From positions 1 to 64,000 of the forward strand of contig JAXLNO010004626.1 in NCBI GenBank assembly GCA_038087875.1: a stretch of 64,000 bases of DNA, given 5' to 3'. This document shows positions 48,197 to 61,707 of this stretch, in pieces. This DNA comes from Malacoraja senta (Eukaryota). The first letter of the stretch is position 1. Every line of letters begins with the position of its first letter. Under the pieces are notes generated by a model that worked only from the letters and a program-made list of their open reading frames with translations, ran no database searches and had not been told where the DNA came from. The translations under genes were made by a program, and so were the position numbers.

Positions 48197-48490
48197 ATAG
48201 ACAATCGGTGTAGGAGTAGAGGGCATTCGGCCCTTCGAGCTAGCAACGCCATTCAATGTGATTATGACTGATCACCCCACTCAATACCCGCTAGAATTTA
48301 GAACATTGAGGAGGGATCTTATTGAAACTTACTAGATTCTTAAGGTGTTGGACAGGCTAGATGCAGGAAGATTGTTCCCGATGTTGGGGAAGTCCAGAAC
48401 AAGGTGTCACAGTTTAAGGATGAAGGGGAAATCTTTTAGGACCGAGATGAGAAAATAATTTTTCACACAGAGAGTGGTGAATCTGTGGAA
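48197..48490. mobile_element. CR1 3' fragment with inversion (3'UTR on minus 48197-48289, RT tail on plus 48290-48490)
   Basis: atagacaatcggtgtaggag...ctcaataccc joined to gctagaatttagaac...aatctgtggaa. Confidence 0.75.
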
Positions 48491-51400
48491 TTTTACTTCG
48501 GAGTCACATGAGTGACTACGTGAAGAACCCCGCCAGTGCGCCTGCGCGTCATTACGTCAGACGCCTTGACGCAAACGGACGTGAGGAGCAGACCTCCTCT
48601 ACAGGATATGTAGTTTTTTAACTACAAGGTAAGCAGAAACTTTTTTCATGTTTTCCGGGTCCGTTTACAGACGCCATGGAAAAAACGGGCAGGGGGAAGA
48701 GGCGAGCGACTCAGCCGACAGAAAGTCGGGAGTCTGCGGTTAGAGACCAACTGCCTCTAACCCCGGTACAGTCGCCAGCGGTGAGCATAGCAACTGTGGA
48801 CCTGGGGCTGATTAAAACACAGTCAGCGCCTGTCGGGCGAAAGGCGACGTTTAAATCCAGACGGCCCATGGAGGAGGAGTCCCAGGAAATGGAAGTAGCT
48901 CCAGGGCTAGATACTGCTTTCGAGCGTATTGCCCAAATGGAAAGCCTTTTACATAGGTTGTTGGAGCGAAGCACACTCAGGCAAGAGTGTACTGAAATCC
49001 AAGCTGCTGGAAGCAGCTCAACAGCTCCTGGTACAGGGCTGATAGAATGCACCCTCAGGGATGAGGAGCGTGCTATGGGTCATTTGATTTCAGACCCCGA
49101 CTCTGACGGTGAGGCTGTACAAGGCCAAGAACGGCAGCACCCCTGGCAGTACGATTCGCTGCCCCGTCAGGGTCAGGAGAGCCATTAGGAGAAGAATTGG
49201 CCTCCCTAATACATTACTTGGTTTCCCATCAGCTGGAACAGCAGGAGATGGATGAGACTGCAAGAAAACATGAGACCCCCAAGTAATTGTGTGTTGCTGA
49301 AAGCACCAGCAGTGAACCAAATTATCTGGAATCAGTTGAGTATGACTATGAGAACTCATGAATTGAAATTGGAGAGAATATTAAAGCTGCTGGGTTCTGG
49401 AATAACTGCTTTTGCCAGAATAGCGGAGAACAGCCAAGAGATGACGGAGTTGCACCAGGAAGCACTGGGGTTGCTATGCAGCACCCACTTCGAGATCAGT
49501 TGTCTGAGGAAGGTGCTATACGGCCTATTATGAATCCGAAATTCGCAGCACTCTGCAAACCAAGTAATATACAATTACCCAACTTACTCTTTGGAGAGGA
49601 TCTCGGGAGAGTTGGAAGATGAAGCGAAAACAGGAATGATGAAAACATCAATGGTTGTAAAGTCTGTAAAGAGGTACTATCCTTTCAGACGTCATACGGA
49701 TCCTGGACCAGGACCAAGTCGCTCATCAACGCAGGGACGTAGCTGGCGGCCTGCAGCGGGAGGAAGAACCAGTGGTGCTGCTTCCGGGAGAATCCAGGGA
49801 TCTCAGAGTACTCAAATGACTCAAGAGGTAGGTGGACCTGGTTCTCATGGGAACATACTAACCGGATTAAGTCCAAAAGTTGGAGGCAGATTACGTCTCT
49901 TCTATAACAATTGGAAGAAGATTACTTCAGATGTGGTAATTCTGAATAATATACAAGGATTTCGAATTGAATTCAATCCAAATTATGATTTGCCTTTCCA
50001 GCATGTTCCTAGCAGAACTCTCCACTTTGCACAATAAGAAGTGATGGAGGTTCGAGCTGCGCTTCAAACCCTATATATAAACGGTATTGAAGAATCAGTC
50101 TACCAAATTCACCAATTTGTGTCAAATATATTCCCTCGATCAAAAAAGGATGGAGGATGTAGGATTATTATAGACTTAACAAGTCTGAATCCTTTTGTTC
50201 GTTAGACATTTTAAAATGGAGACATTTGTACTGCCAAACAAATCTCAGAAGCATGTTTTATGGCAACTATAGATTTAAAAGATGTATATTATTCAGTGTC
50301 TGTTCACGTGGAAGATATGAAGTATCTTAAATTTACATGGATGAACCAGTTAGGGCAGTTCAAAGCTCTGCCTAATGGGTTAACGTCCGCTCCCAGAATA
50401 TTCACAACATTGTTTAAATCAATTCTGGGTTTGCTGAGAAGCCAGGGGCATGTACTAATTGCATACTTGGATGATGTCCTGATGATAGGAAGGACAAAAC
50501 AGTCAACAGAAGCATCTGTTGCAGTTGTGAAATGAACTTTTGAAAGTTGGGGTTTTCTAAATTCATCCAAAGAAATCAAGGTTAAACAACATGTACCTCG
50601 ATTGATTATTTGAGGTTCACAATTGATTCAGCCCAAATGAAAATTACTTTGCCCAGTGAAAAAAGGGTGGAGTTGATTAAAGATTGCAGTAATCTGTTAA
50701 ACGAGCAAAAACCCTTAATCAGACTAGGTGGCTCGAGTACTGGGAAAATTAGTAGATTCCCAGCAGTCCAGTACGGACCATTACATTATCAACAGCTGCA
50801 GAGAGTTAAGAACAGGCACTGAGAATGAATGCTGGTCATTTTGATAGAACCACGCAACTAACAACAAATGCTGTTTCTGATCTGCAGTGGTGGATTCTAC
50901 ATGGCTCAAGCAGTTCCGGCAAAGTGCTGATTGAACAACCATCCATGATATTACAAACTGATGCCAGTGCACTAGAATGGGGTGCAACTGACTTAACATC
51001 TAGCTGCGGAGGCAGATGGAATCAGGAAGAGTCATTGTTACTGCAGACATGGGGAATTAACTATTTGGAGCTTTTAGGATGTTTCTATGGACTCCAAGCT
51101 TATTGTTCTAACACAACTAAAAGGCATGTTCAAGTTCAAATTGATAAACACAACAGTAGTTGCCTATATTAATGATATGGGTGGAATTAAGTCGGTGTCA
51201 TGTGACAAAATGGCTGATCAACTTTGGTCTTGGTGTATTGAAAAGAACATTTGGATTTCAGCTATCTATCTACCAGGAAGAATGAACACGATAGCAGACA
51301 CCAGGTCACGAAAGTTCCATGATAATAAAGAATGGATGTTGAATCGAGAGGTATTCAATGATATAGTAATCAGATTTGGAATGCCCGACATCGACTTGAA

Positions 51401-51912
51401 TCAGCAGCATTCGAGATATGTCCCTTGGGAACCAGATCCAGGAGCAGTGGCGACTGATGCTTTCTCGCTACATTGCGGTGGTATGTTTTCATATATATTT
51501 CCACCTTTCTGCCTCATAAGCCAATGTTTGCTTAAAATCAGGCAAGATGCTACTTCAGGGGTATTGGTAGTACCAGATTGGCCTACACAGCCATGGTATT
51601 CGTTGATATTAGAATTAACAACACAAATGTTGATGAAAGTCCCAAAAAGGAGTAATTTATTACTGCACCATGTAACAGGGGAACAACATCCATTATATGA
51701 TCGTTTGGATTTGTTGATTTGCATGTTTTAAGAAGGCCTTTTCTGGGGGGCGAGGACTGTCTGAGCGTACTTACGGCAGCCTGGAGGAAGAGCGCTCAAA
51801 AACAGTACCTTTCTTATATTAAGAAATGGGAAGAGTTCTGTGTACAAAAGAATGTGCAATATAATTCTGCAGATATTTCAAATGTTTAGAATTTCTGTCA
51901 AAACTTTATTAT
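48491..51912 (+). mobile_element. Second DIRS1 copy: 5' terminus, gag, pol and start of YR, all disrupted; 3' part absent
   Basis: Starts TTTTACTTCGGAGTCAC like copy 1; ORF fragments 48676-51731 are homologous to copy 1 gag and pol; ends in YR at gaatttctgtcaaaactttattat. Confidence 0.93.
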
Positions 51913-52393
51913 TCGTTTTCTGTACAAAAATTCAAAATTTTTGCAATTAAATTTTTGAAATCTTTGCAAAGTTATTTAAAACAAGACTGATACCCAAAGC
52001 AGATTGGATTATCTTCGGAATAACGGAAGATGGTCCAGAACTAAATGTGTTTCAAAAGAAACTAATGGACTATGGGTTAATAACTGGAAAAAAGCTAATT
52101 CTAAAATTTTGGAAGAAGGCTCCAATACCAACTATAAATATGTGGATTTCAAATATGTTTGAAACATTACACCTAGAAGAGATACGACTCCTCCTAGCAG
52201 GAAAACCAGATCACTTCCACCTGACGTGGTCTGCATTTATAGAATTATTACAAATATAGGGTGCAAAAGTACTTTAAAAAAAAATAATTGAGGTCAGGTA
52301 AGGGGGGATGATAGTTGAAGAGTTGGTATGTCCCATTTACGTAATGCTCATAAAATATTTGTTTCTCTCTTTTTCCTCTTTCTCTTTCTCTTT
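51913..52393 (+). mobile_element. 5'-truncated L1 family A 3' end, runs into N gap 52394-52593
   Basis: ORF 52047..52259 is near-identical to the C-terminus of 9569..11422. Confidence 0.9.
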
Positions 52394-52593
52394 NNNNNNN
52401 NNNNNNNNNNNNNNNNNNNNNNNNNNNNNNNNNNNNNNNNNNNNNNNNNNNNNNNNNNNNNNNNNNNNNNNNNNNNNNNNNNNNNNNNNNNNNNNNNNNN
52501 NNNNNNNNNNNNNNNNNNNNNNNNNNNNNNNNNNNNNNNNNNNNNNNNNNNNNNNNNNNNNNNNNNNNNNNNNNNNNNNNNNNNNNNNNNNNN

Positions 52594-55135
52594 GTTCTCC
52601 CTTATCCACTCTACTAGTTACATCCTCGAAAAATTCTATAAGATTCGTCAGACATGATTTACCTTTCATAAATCCATGCTGACTTTGTCCAATAAATTCA
52701 CCAGTTTCCAAATGTGCTGCTATCCCATCTTTAATAATTGACTCTAGCATTTTCCCCACTACCGATGTTAGACTAACTGCTCTGTAATTCCCCGTTTTCT
52801 CTCTCCCTTCCTTTTTAAAATGTGGGGTTACATTAGCTACCCTCCAATCCTCAGGAACTACTCCAGAATCTAAAGAGTTTTGAAAATTTATCACTAATGC
52901 ATCCATTATTTCTGGGGCTACTTCCTTAAGTACTCTGGGATGCAACTTATCTGTCCCTGGGGATTTATCGGCCTTTAATCCATTCAATTTACCTAACACC
53001 ACTTCCCGGCTAACCTGGATTTCACTCAGTTCCTCCATCTCATTTGACCCCCGGTCCCCTGCTATTTCCGGCAGATTAATTTATGTCTTCCTTAGTGAAG
53101 ACAGAACCAAAGTAGTTATTCAATTGGTCTGCCATGTCCTTGTTACCCATGATCAATTCGCCTGTTTCTGACTGCAAGGGACCTACATTTGTTTTAATTA
53201 ATCTTTTTCTCTTCATATATGTATAAAAACGTTTGCAGTCAGTTATTATGTTCCCTGCCAGTTTTCTTTCATAATCTATTTTCCCTTTCCTAATTAAGCC
53301 CTTTGTCTGCTGGACTCTGAATTTCTCGCAGTCCCCTGGTAGGCTGCTTTTTCTGGCTAATTTGTATGCTTCATCTTTTGTTTTGATACTATCCCTGATT
53401 TCCCTTGTTATCCACAGATGCACTACCTTCCCTGATTTATTCTTTTGCCAAACTGGGATGAACAATTGTTGTAGTTCATCTATGCAGTCTTTAAATGCCT
53501 TCCATTGCATATCCACCGTCAACCCTTTAAGAATCAATTGCCAGTCTATTTTGGCTAATTCACATCTCATACCCTCAAAGTTACCTTTCTTTAAGTTCAG
53601 AACTGTTGTTTCTGAATTAACAATGTCACTCTCCATCCCAATGAAGAACTCAACCATATTATGGTCACTCTTGCCCAAGGGGCCACGCACAACAAGACTG
53701 CTAACTAACCCTTCCTCATTCCTCAATACCCAGTCTTGAATAGCATGCTCTCTCGTTGGTCCCTCTACATGTTGGTTTAGAAAACTACCCCGCATACATT
53801 CCAAGAAATCCTCTTCCTCAGCACCCCTTCCAATTTGATTCACCCAATCTATATGTAGATTGAAGTCACCCATTATAACTGTTTTACCTTTGTTGCACGC
53901 ATTTCTAATTTCCTGTTTGATGCCATCCCCAACTCCACTACTACTGTTAGGTGGCCTGTACACAACTCCCACTAGCGTTTTCTGCCCCTTAGTGTTTCGC
54001 AGCTCTACCCATATCGATTCCACATCCTCCAAGCTAATGTCCTTCCTTTCTATTGCGTTAATCTCCTCTCTAACCAGCAATGCTACCCCACCTCCTTTTC
54101 CTTTCTGTCTATCCCTCCTGAATATTGAATATCCCTGGATGTTCAGCTCCCAGCCTTGGTCACCCTGGAGCCATGTCTCCGTGATCCCAACTATATCATA
54201 TTCATTAATAACTGTCTGCACATTCAACTCATCCACCTTAATACGAATGCTCCTTGCATTGAGACACAAAGCCTTCAGGCTTGTTTTTACAATTATGTTG
54301 AAAAGTGGCCCTTTTTGATTTTTGCCCTGGATTTGTCAGCCCTCTTCTACCCTCATTTTACACCCCTCTGTCTCTCTGTTCATGCTCCCACCCCCCTGCC
54401 ACAGTAGTTTAAATCCTCCCCGACAGTACTACCAAACACTTCCCCAAGGACATTGGTTCCATTGCGGCCCAGGTGCAGACCGTCCTGTTTGTACTGGTCT
54501 CACCTCCCGCAGAACTGGTTCCAATGCCATAGAAATTTGAATCCCTCCCCCTTGCACCATTTTTCAAGCCACGTATTCATCTGCAATATCCTCCTATTTC
54601 TACTCTGACTAGCCGGTGGCACTGGTAGTAATCCAGAGATTATTAACTTTGAGGTCCTACTTTTAAGTTTATCTCCTAGCTCCCTAAATTCACCTTGTAG
54701 GACCTCATCCCGTTTTTTACCTATATCGTTGGTGCCAATGTGCACCACGACAGCTGGCTGTTCACCCTCCCCCTCCAGAACGTTCCGCCGCCGTTCAGTG
54801 ACATCCCTGACCCTTGCACTAGGGAGGCAACATACCATCCTGGAGTCTCATTTGCAGCCGCAGAAACGCCTATCTATTCCCCTTACAATTGAATACCATA
54901 TTACTATAGCCCTTCCACCCTGTTTTCTCCCCTCCTGTGCTGCAGAGCCACCCATGGTGCCATGAACTTGGCTGCTGCTGCCTTCCCCTGATGAGCCATC
55001 TCCCCCAACAGTATCCAAAGTGGTATATCTGTTTATGAGGGAGATGACCGCAGGGGACTCCTGCACTACCTGCCTCCTGCTACGCTGGCTAATGGCCACC
55101 CGTTCCCTTTCTGTCCACTTAACTTTTACCTGCGG
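52594..55135 (-). mobile_element. CR1 (ORF1 esterase part, EN and start of RT), cut by the gap and by the L1-A insertion
   Basis: ORFs 54848..55153, 54500..54838, 53076..54269, 52337..53038. Confidence 0.93.
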
Positions 55136-55412
55136 GACTTCCGGTGGCGCCATGTTGGACTAACAGACGTGCACCTAGCTCCTCTCCCGAAAAATTTCAC
55201 GATTTATCGTGTAAAACGGGTCCAAAAATTGGGATTGTTTTTAAAAACCTTACTGGAGCTTGGACTTCCGGTGGCGCTATGGAGGCTTGAGTCCAGCGCC
55301 AACTAGCTCCGTGCCGAAGAACCTAAGAATGGGAGAAAATCGGGTCTTACCTGCAGCGATCGCGATCTGAACGGCTGCCTGCGTGACGTCATCAGGAGCG
55401 CTACTTTACGGT

Positions 55413-56432
55413 ATGTCGTTACAACGTACCCACACCCGTGTGACACAAAAAAAAGCCGTTAAAGGGAAACTGCAGACGGAAGAGGAAGGCCCTACAGAGG
55501 CCTCGGCCTCAGTTACAACGACGGCCCAGGAAGACCCTCCGAAGAAGATAAAACAGAAAAAGTCTGAAATGGAGGATCCTAAAACTTTTCTCGTTGCCGA
55601 ATTGAAAACCTTTGGAGAGAATTTTATAGAGGAACTTTACTCTTTTAAGGTAGATTTTAAAGCAGAAATGCTTTCTACCGTTCAACAAATACTGGAAATC
55701 TGGAAAAGGACGAGGGAGGAAGAAGTCAAGGATCAGATGGAAGCGCTGGAAGCCAGGCTCGTTTCGGTGGAAGCGAACGTTAATATGGATGTGGCCCCCA
55801 TTCATCACGAACTTGATCAACATAGAACAGCGATAACCGAACTTGAGAAATGGGCGGCGACAAGTGCGGAAACTGTAAGTCGACACCTTACTGAAAACCA
55901 ACGCCTCTCCGATATGGTGATCAAATTAAGTGATAAATGTACCGATTTGGAGGGACGTCAAAGACGTAAGAACCTAAGAATTGTAGGGGTGAAAGAAGGA
56001 AGTGAGAGGGAAATGGGCTCTCGGGACTTTGTGGCAGACCTATTACAAAAAGCCTTAAAATTGGATCACAAACCTTCACTCGGTCGAGCTCATAGAGCGC
56101 AGCGGCGTCGTACACAAGATGATGCCCATCCAAGACAAATTATCGTAAAGGTGCAACTGGATCATGAATTTGACGATATAATGAAGAAAATTGTTCGAGG
56201 CGGACAGCTCCTTTTTGAAGGTGTGAGATTCAGTATTTACCGAGATTATCCGGCAGAAGTCTTCAAGAAAAGAGCGCTGTTCACTGAGACAAAAAGAATA
56301 CTGAAGAATGTACCTGGTGTGAGATACGGCCTGCTTTATCCCGCAAGACTAAGAGTCACCTACAAGTCCAAGGAGCAATTTTTACAGACCACGAAAAAGC
56401 GCTGGAATATGCCAAAGAAATCGGTAACATGA
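55413..56432 (+). CDS. L1-B ORF1p; last ~20 codons shifted by an apparent 1-bp loss in a T run
   Basis: DLEGRQRRKNLRIVGV, RAHRA, PRQIIVK, IYRDY, YGLLYPARLRV; ATG at 55413. Confidence 0.88.
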   Translation: MSLQRTHTRVTQKKAVKGKLQTEEEGPTEASASVTTTAQEDPPKKIKQKKSEMEDPKTFLVAELKTFGENFIEELYSFKVDFKAEMLSTVQQILEIWKRTREEEVKDQMEALEARLVSVEANVNMDVAPIHHELDQHRTAITELEKWAATSAETVSRHLTENQRLSDMVIKLSDKCTDLEGRQRRKNLRIVGVKEGSEREMGSRDFVADLLQKALKLDHKPSLGRAHRAQRRRTQDDAHPRQIIVKVQLDHEFDDIMKKIVRGGQLLFEGVRFSIYRDYPAEVFKKRALFTETKRILKNVPGVRYGLLYPARLRVTYKSKEQFLQTTKKRWNMPKKSVT

Positions 56433-57003
56433 CCGTAGACTGAAGAATTTACATTACTCCTTAGGAGTCAAGGACTAACAGGACTGCCAGATCTAAATGG
56501 ACCTTTAAAGTTCTTTTAAGAGCTTTAAGGACATTCGAAAACCGAAATGGACGGAGGACATTGGAGAAAACCGTGATCTTTGTATTTTTTTTTAAACTTT
56601 TTTTTTTACTAATCATTATTATTATCTGTATATTCATATCTAACTATATATGTAACAACTAATACTTATTAAAAATCCATATTACCACTAAAATTATTAA
56701 CATTAACATTTCTCATAAAAATTTAATACTGTATATGATTGATAACAATGATTAATAATTAATAGTCTTCGATTAACGTAGAAATGAATTACATACTTAT
56801 ATTATATAGGAGGATATGCAAGAGGTAAATTAGCCTACGTCATAATAAAGCTTGACGGTTTTTCTCTTTATTTTTCAATTTAAAATTAAATTTATAGATT
56901 TAGCGAAGAAATTAATATGATATGTAGAGAATAATAACGTTGTGAATTTTTGCTGTTCTTGAACTTTTCTGCAGGGATACGTGCTTATGTATGTATGCAC
57001 ATG

Positions 57004-57046
<43 letters not shown>

Positions 57047-57457
57047 TGTGTGTGTGTATGTATGGGTATGTATATAAGTTTGTTACTCCCAAAGAAGTTA
57101 TTTGAATGTTAGAAATAATCTTTCTTTTTCTTCGGGCACGGAGCTGGGAATTTTTTTTTCTTACAAAGGCTACGGAAGTCTTTAGAATTCCAGCCACGTT
57201 AGTGTGGCTATCACTAACTACACTAATTGTAGATGTAGTTCTTTTTCTTTCACCCTTTGCTAATCAATTCTATCACTTTTTTCACTTTAAATATTTTTAT
57301 AACTTAATGTTTGAATGGAAAAACAAGACTAATACAAGGAGATGTGTTCCGAAGAGCGATGTATATGATTTTAAATTCATCTATCTGAAGTTCGGGAGCA
57401 GGGTCAGGTTTTATGTGTTGTACCTTCTGCTCGGTTATAGACCACCTTAGAAACAAT

Positions 57458-60400
57458 ATGCAAGATGTTAATATGACAAGAGGGGGTCAGGGAATAACAT
57501 TTTGTAGTTGGAATGTCAAGGGAATCAATGAACCAATTAAGAGAGGTAAAGTTTTGGCACATCTAAATTTAATCAAAACAGATATAATATTTCTCCAAGA
57601 AACACACCTTAAAAAGGAATCTCAACATAGACTTAAAGCTAAGTGGATCGCTGAATCATATCATTCCTCTTTTTCCCATAAGTCCAGAGGAGTTGCAATA
57701 TTAATTCGTAAAGGAATACCTTTTACGAACTCTTCAACAATAGTGGATATTGATGGTAGATATATTATATTAGTTGGAGAGTTAAATGGAGAAAAAGTGA
57801 TTCTTCTTAATGTATATGGGCCTAACTTTGATAACCCCATGTTTTTTAATAAAACATTTAATACAATTCCTGAATTTACACAATATAAATTAATAATTGG
57901 AGGAGACTTCAATTGTACATTAGATTCATACTTAGATAGATCATCAAGGCAAAAAAAAGTAAAATCTCAATCAAGTGTATTTCTAAATTCATTTATTAAT
58001 ACCACTAATATTAAGGATGTCTGGAGAATAGAAAACCCAACTGGACGGGAATATTCATTTTACTCACCAGTACATAAAACATACTCAAGAATAGATTATT
58101 TTTTAGTTGACTCTACGTTTATCGCATTTATTTATAATTCAAAATACCATAACATTATAATCTCAGATCACGCACCTGTAACATTCATGATTAAATTAAA
58201 TGGAATGTCTGAGAAACAAGCATATTGGAGATTTAACCCACAAATTTTGAACGAAAGATCATGCCAGGAATATATTATTAAACAGATTCAAATATTTTTT
58301 GAGGTAAATGACAACCTGACACACCTACTTCTCTTATGTGGGAAACGTTTAAAGCGTTTGTTCGAGGTACATTAATTTCTGCTCAAGCATTTTATAATAA
58401 AGAGAACAGGATTAAGCAACAAACATTGGAAAGTGAAATCAAGCAACTAGATATAGAAAATGCGAGAATGCCATCTATTTTAAAACATAATAAAATTGCT
58501 GTATTGAAATATAAATTAAATAAAATGTATTCAGAACAAGTAATAAAACTTTATCAAAAAAACAAACAATTACATTTTGAATTTGGAGACAAACCACAAA
58601 AACTATTAGCACGTCAGTTACGAAAAATGGAAGGGGAAAAAATAATTCATAAAATTAGAACAGAGACAGGAGAATTATTAAAAATGCCCAAGGACATAAA
58701 TGATAGATTTCTCCAATACTATCATAATCTTTATTCAACTAAAACCGTAGGACAATCAGAAGGAATAGCAGATTTTTTACCAAAATGTAATTTAAAAGGT
58801 TTAGATTCAAACGATAGAGAATTATTAGAAAGGGAGATTACGATAAAAGATATTGAGGAGTCTATTGGCTCTTTAAAAAATGGTAAAGCAGTAGGACCAG
58901 ATGGTTTAGGCTCCGAATTTTATAAAAAAAATTATGATTTGCTTTGCCCACGTTTACAAAGACTGTATGAGTATATCTATACTCAACAGAAACTTCCAGA
59001 CACTTTAAATGAATCTATAATAACACTTATTCCTAAAGCTGATAAAGATCCGGAAGACCCGGGATCATATAGAGCAATTGCACTGTTAAATACAGATCAG
59101 AAAATATTAACTAAAATACTAGCGCATAGATTAAGTACAGTGATGAATAAATTAATACACCCTGACCAAACAGGCTTTATTCAGAAACGGTACTCATATT
59201 ATAATCTAAGAAGATTATTTAATATTATATATTCCAAGAGAATTATTAATGAAGATCTAGCAATAATCTCACTTGACGCTGAAAAAGCATTTGATCAGGT
59301 CGAATGGTCTTATTTATTTTCGGTGATGGAAAATATGCAGCTAGGGGAGAAATTCTGTACATGGATAAAACTGTTATATACAAATCCCACGGCTAGAATA
59401 TTTACAAACCAAAGGTTGTCATCTAAATTTAGCCTATCTAGAGGTTGTAGACAAGGATGCCCGTTATCTCCATTATTATTTGCGCTTGCTATTGAGCCAC
59501 TTGCAGAAAGAGTCAGGGGGCATCCGGAAATACACGGATATAACACAAAGGACACAGTGAATAAAATTTCTCTATACGCAGATGATGTATTAATTTACAT
59601 TACAAAACCAGAAATTAGTATTCCAAACTTATTAAAGCTAATAACCCAATTTGGTTCACTTTCAGGATACAGAATAAATTGGAATAAAAGTGAAATTATG
59701 CCAATAAGGGAACATAACAAACAGATAATACAACAATTTCCATTTAAAATAGTAAAGGAAAAATTTAAATATCTAGGTATTTATGTAACTAAGATATATA
59801 CATCATTATTTAAAGCAAATTTTCCACCATTACTGAATAAACTACATAAGAATATTCAATACTGGAAAACACTTCCTATCTCAATGGTTGGCAAAATTAA
59901 TGCCATAAAAATGATTTTTTTACCGCAAATATTATACCTTTTTCAGACAATTCCGATATATCTGGCAAAAAACTTTTTTTTTAAACTGGACTCTATTGTT
60001 AATGATTTTATCTGGGATTATAAGAATCATAGGATAAACAAAAGACATTTGTGTAAATCAAAAATAAATGGAGGCTTGGTTTTACCCAACTTTTTGTTTT
60101 ATTTCTGGTTGGAAGAAATAGATCATCAACCAGACTGGTTAAAAATGGAAAAGGAAGATTGTTTACCTTTTGATATCGGTTCGATATTATTTGCTACGTC
60201 TAAATTAAACAAAAAAATTTATAGGGAAAATCCTATAATATTTAGTGCTATACGAATTTGGAAACAATTAAAAAATACATTAAAATTTGATAATTTATCA
60301 CTTTTTCTTCCAATTGTGAATAACCCTTTGTTTAAGCCTTCATGGTTGGACGGGGGTTTTACACAATGGAAGAATTATGGAATTAAAAATATGGGACAAC

Positions 60401-61242
60401 TTTACAAGGAAGGCACTTTTCTGACATTTCAGGAGTCGCAACAGACTTATGGACTTCGAGGAAATGATTATTTCAGATATCTTCAACTTAGAGATTATGT
60501 AAAATCGAATACTCAAAATTTTCGAATTAGAAATTCAGAAATTCTTGATGAATGTTGGAACAAACATCCTAATACAGAAAAATTAATATCTTATATATAT
60601 AATATCTTATTAGACAGTGACATTCCATCGACGGACTTACACAGACAAACATGGGAAAAAGAATTAAATCAAATAATAACGAAAGATACTTGGGAAGAAA
60701 GTTTGCAACACATACATCAATGTTCATTAAACGCCAGACATTCTCTAATACAATTTAAAGTAATACATAGGTTACATTATTCAAAAACAAAACTACATAA
60801 AATCTTTCAACATATCTCACCTATATGTGATAAATGTCAACATTTAGAAGCTACCTTATCTCATATGTTTGCAAACTGTATAAAAATTAAAAAATTCTGG
60901 GTAAATATTTTCAGTATAATATCTAAAGTAACCAGCATACAATTGGACCCAGATCCAAAATTAATAATACTCGGAATATTAGAATTAAATCAAACATTTA
61001 GAACAACACAAAGAAACTTTATTGATTATAGTTTAATAACAGGAAAAACATTAATTCTAAAATTTTGGAAAGGCCCTACGACCCCCACAATCAAAATGTG
61101 GATTACAGAAATGACGGAGACCTTAAACGTGGAAAGAATCAGATTCTCCCTGTTGGACAAACAGGAATTATTCGTTGGAACATGGTCTCCTTTTATTGAT
61201 TACTTAAAGGGTCAGAACAGTTCAGCACAGGAACCTGACTAG
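57458..61242 (+). CDS. L1-B ORF2p (endonuclease, RT, C-terminal Cys region) with one frameshift near 58310
   Basis: WNVKG, LQETH, GGDFN, RIDY, ISDH; GPDG, YRAIAL, DAEKAFD, RQGCPLSP, LYADD; CDKC...HMFANC. Confidence 0.92.
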
Positions 61243-61707
61243 CACTCGGGCTAAAGAATGGATGAAATGCTATACTTAGAAATGTACGAATATATCTCGA
61301 ATGAAGTTTTTTATTTTAATAAATTTTTCCATNNNNNNNNNNNNNNNNNNNNNNNNNNNNNNNNNNNNNNNNNNNNNNNNNNNNNNNNNNNNNNNNNNNN
61401 NNNNNNNNNNNNNNNNNNNNNNNNNNNNNNNNNNNNNNNNNNNNNNNNNNNNNNNNNNNNNNNNNNNTTTAGTTCTATTTAGTTTTAAAAAAAAAAGGCA
61501 AAAGGTATTGGAGACAATGTAATAATAATTGACAATATTATCAATTTTAAAATGTAAGACTGTAATGATGTAAATAGGTTGTGTACTTATCTCCAATAAA
61601 AAATATTTTCAAAAAATATATATATACCTTACCGGAGCTTCTGGTCGCCGCGCTGATGACGTCATCACTAAGCGCGATGTTTTAAACGGTGGTTTGAAGC
61701 CCTTTAA

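Larger units (their letters stand above)
55262..61625 (+). mobile_element. Full-length L1 family B, nearly intact, 15-bp TSD with one mismatch
   Basis: ACCTTACTGGAGCTT 55247-55261 and ACCTTACCGGAGCTT 61626-61640; 5' GGACTTCCGGTGGCG; AATAAA and A-rich tail near 61595-61620. Confidence 0.95.
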
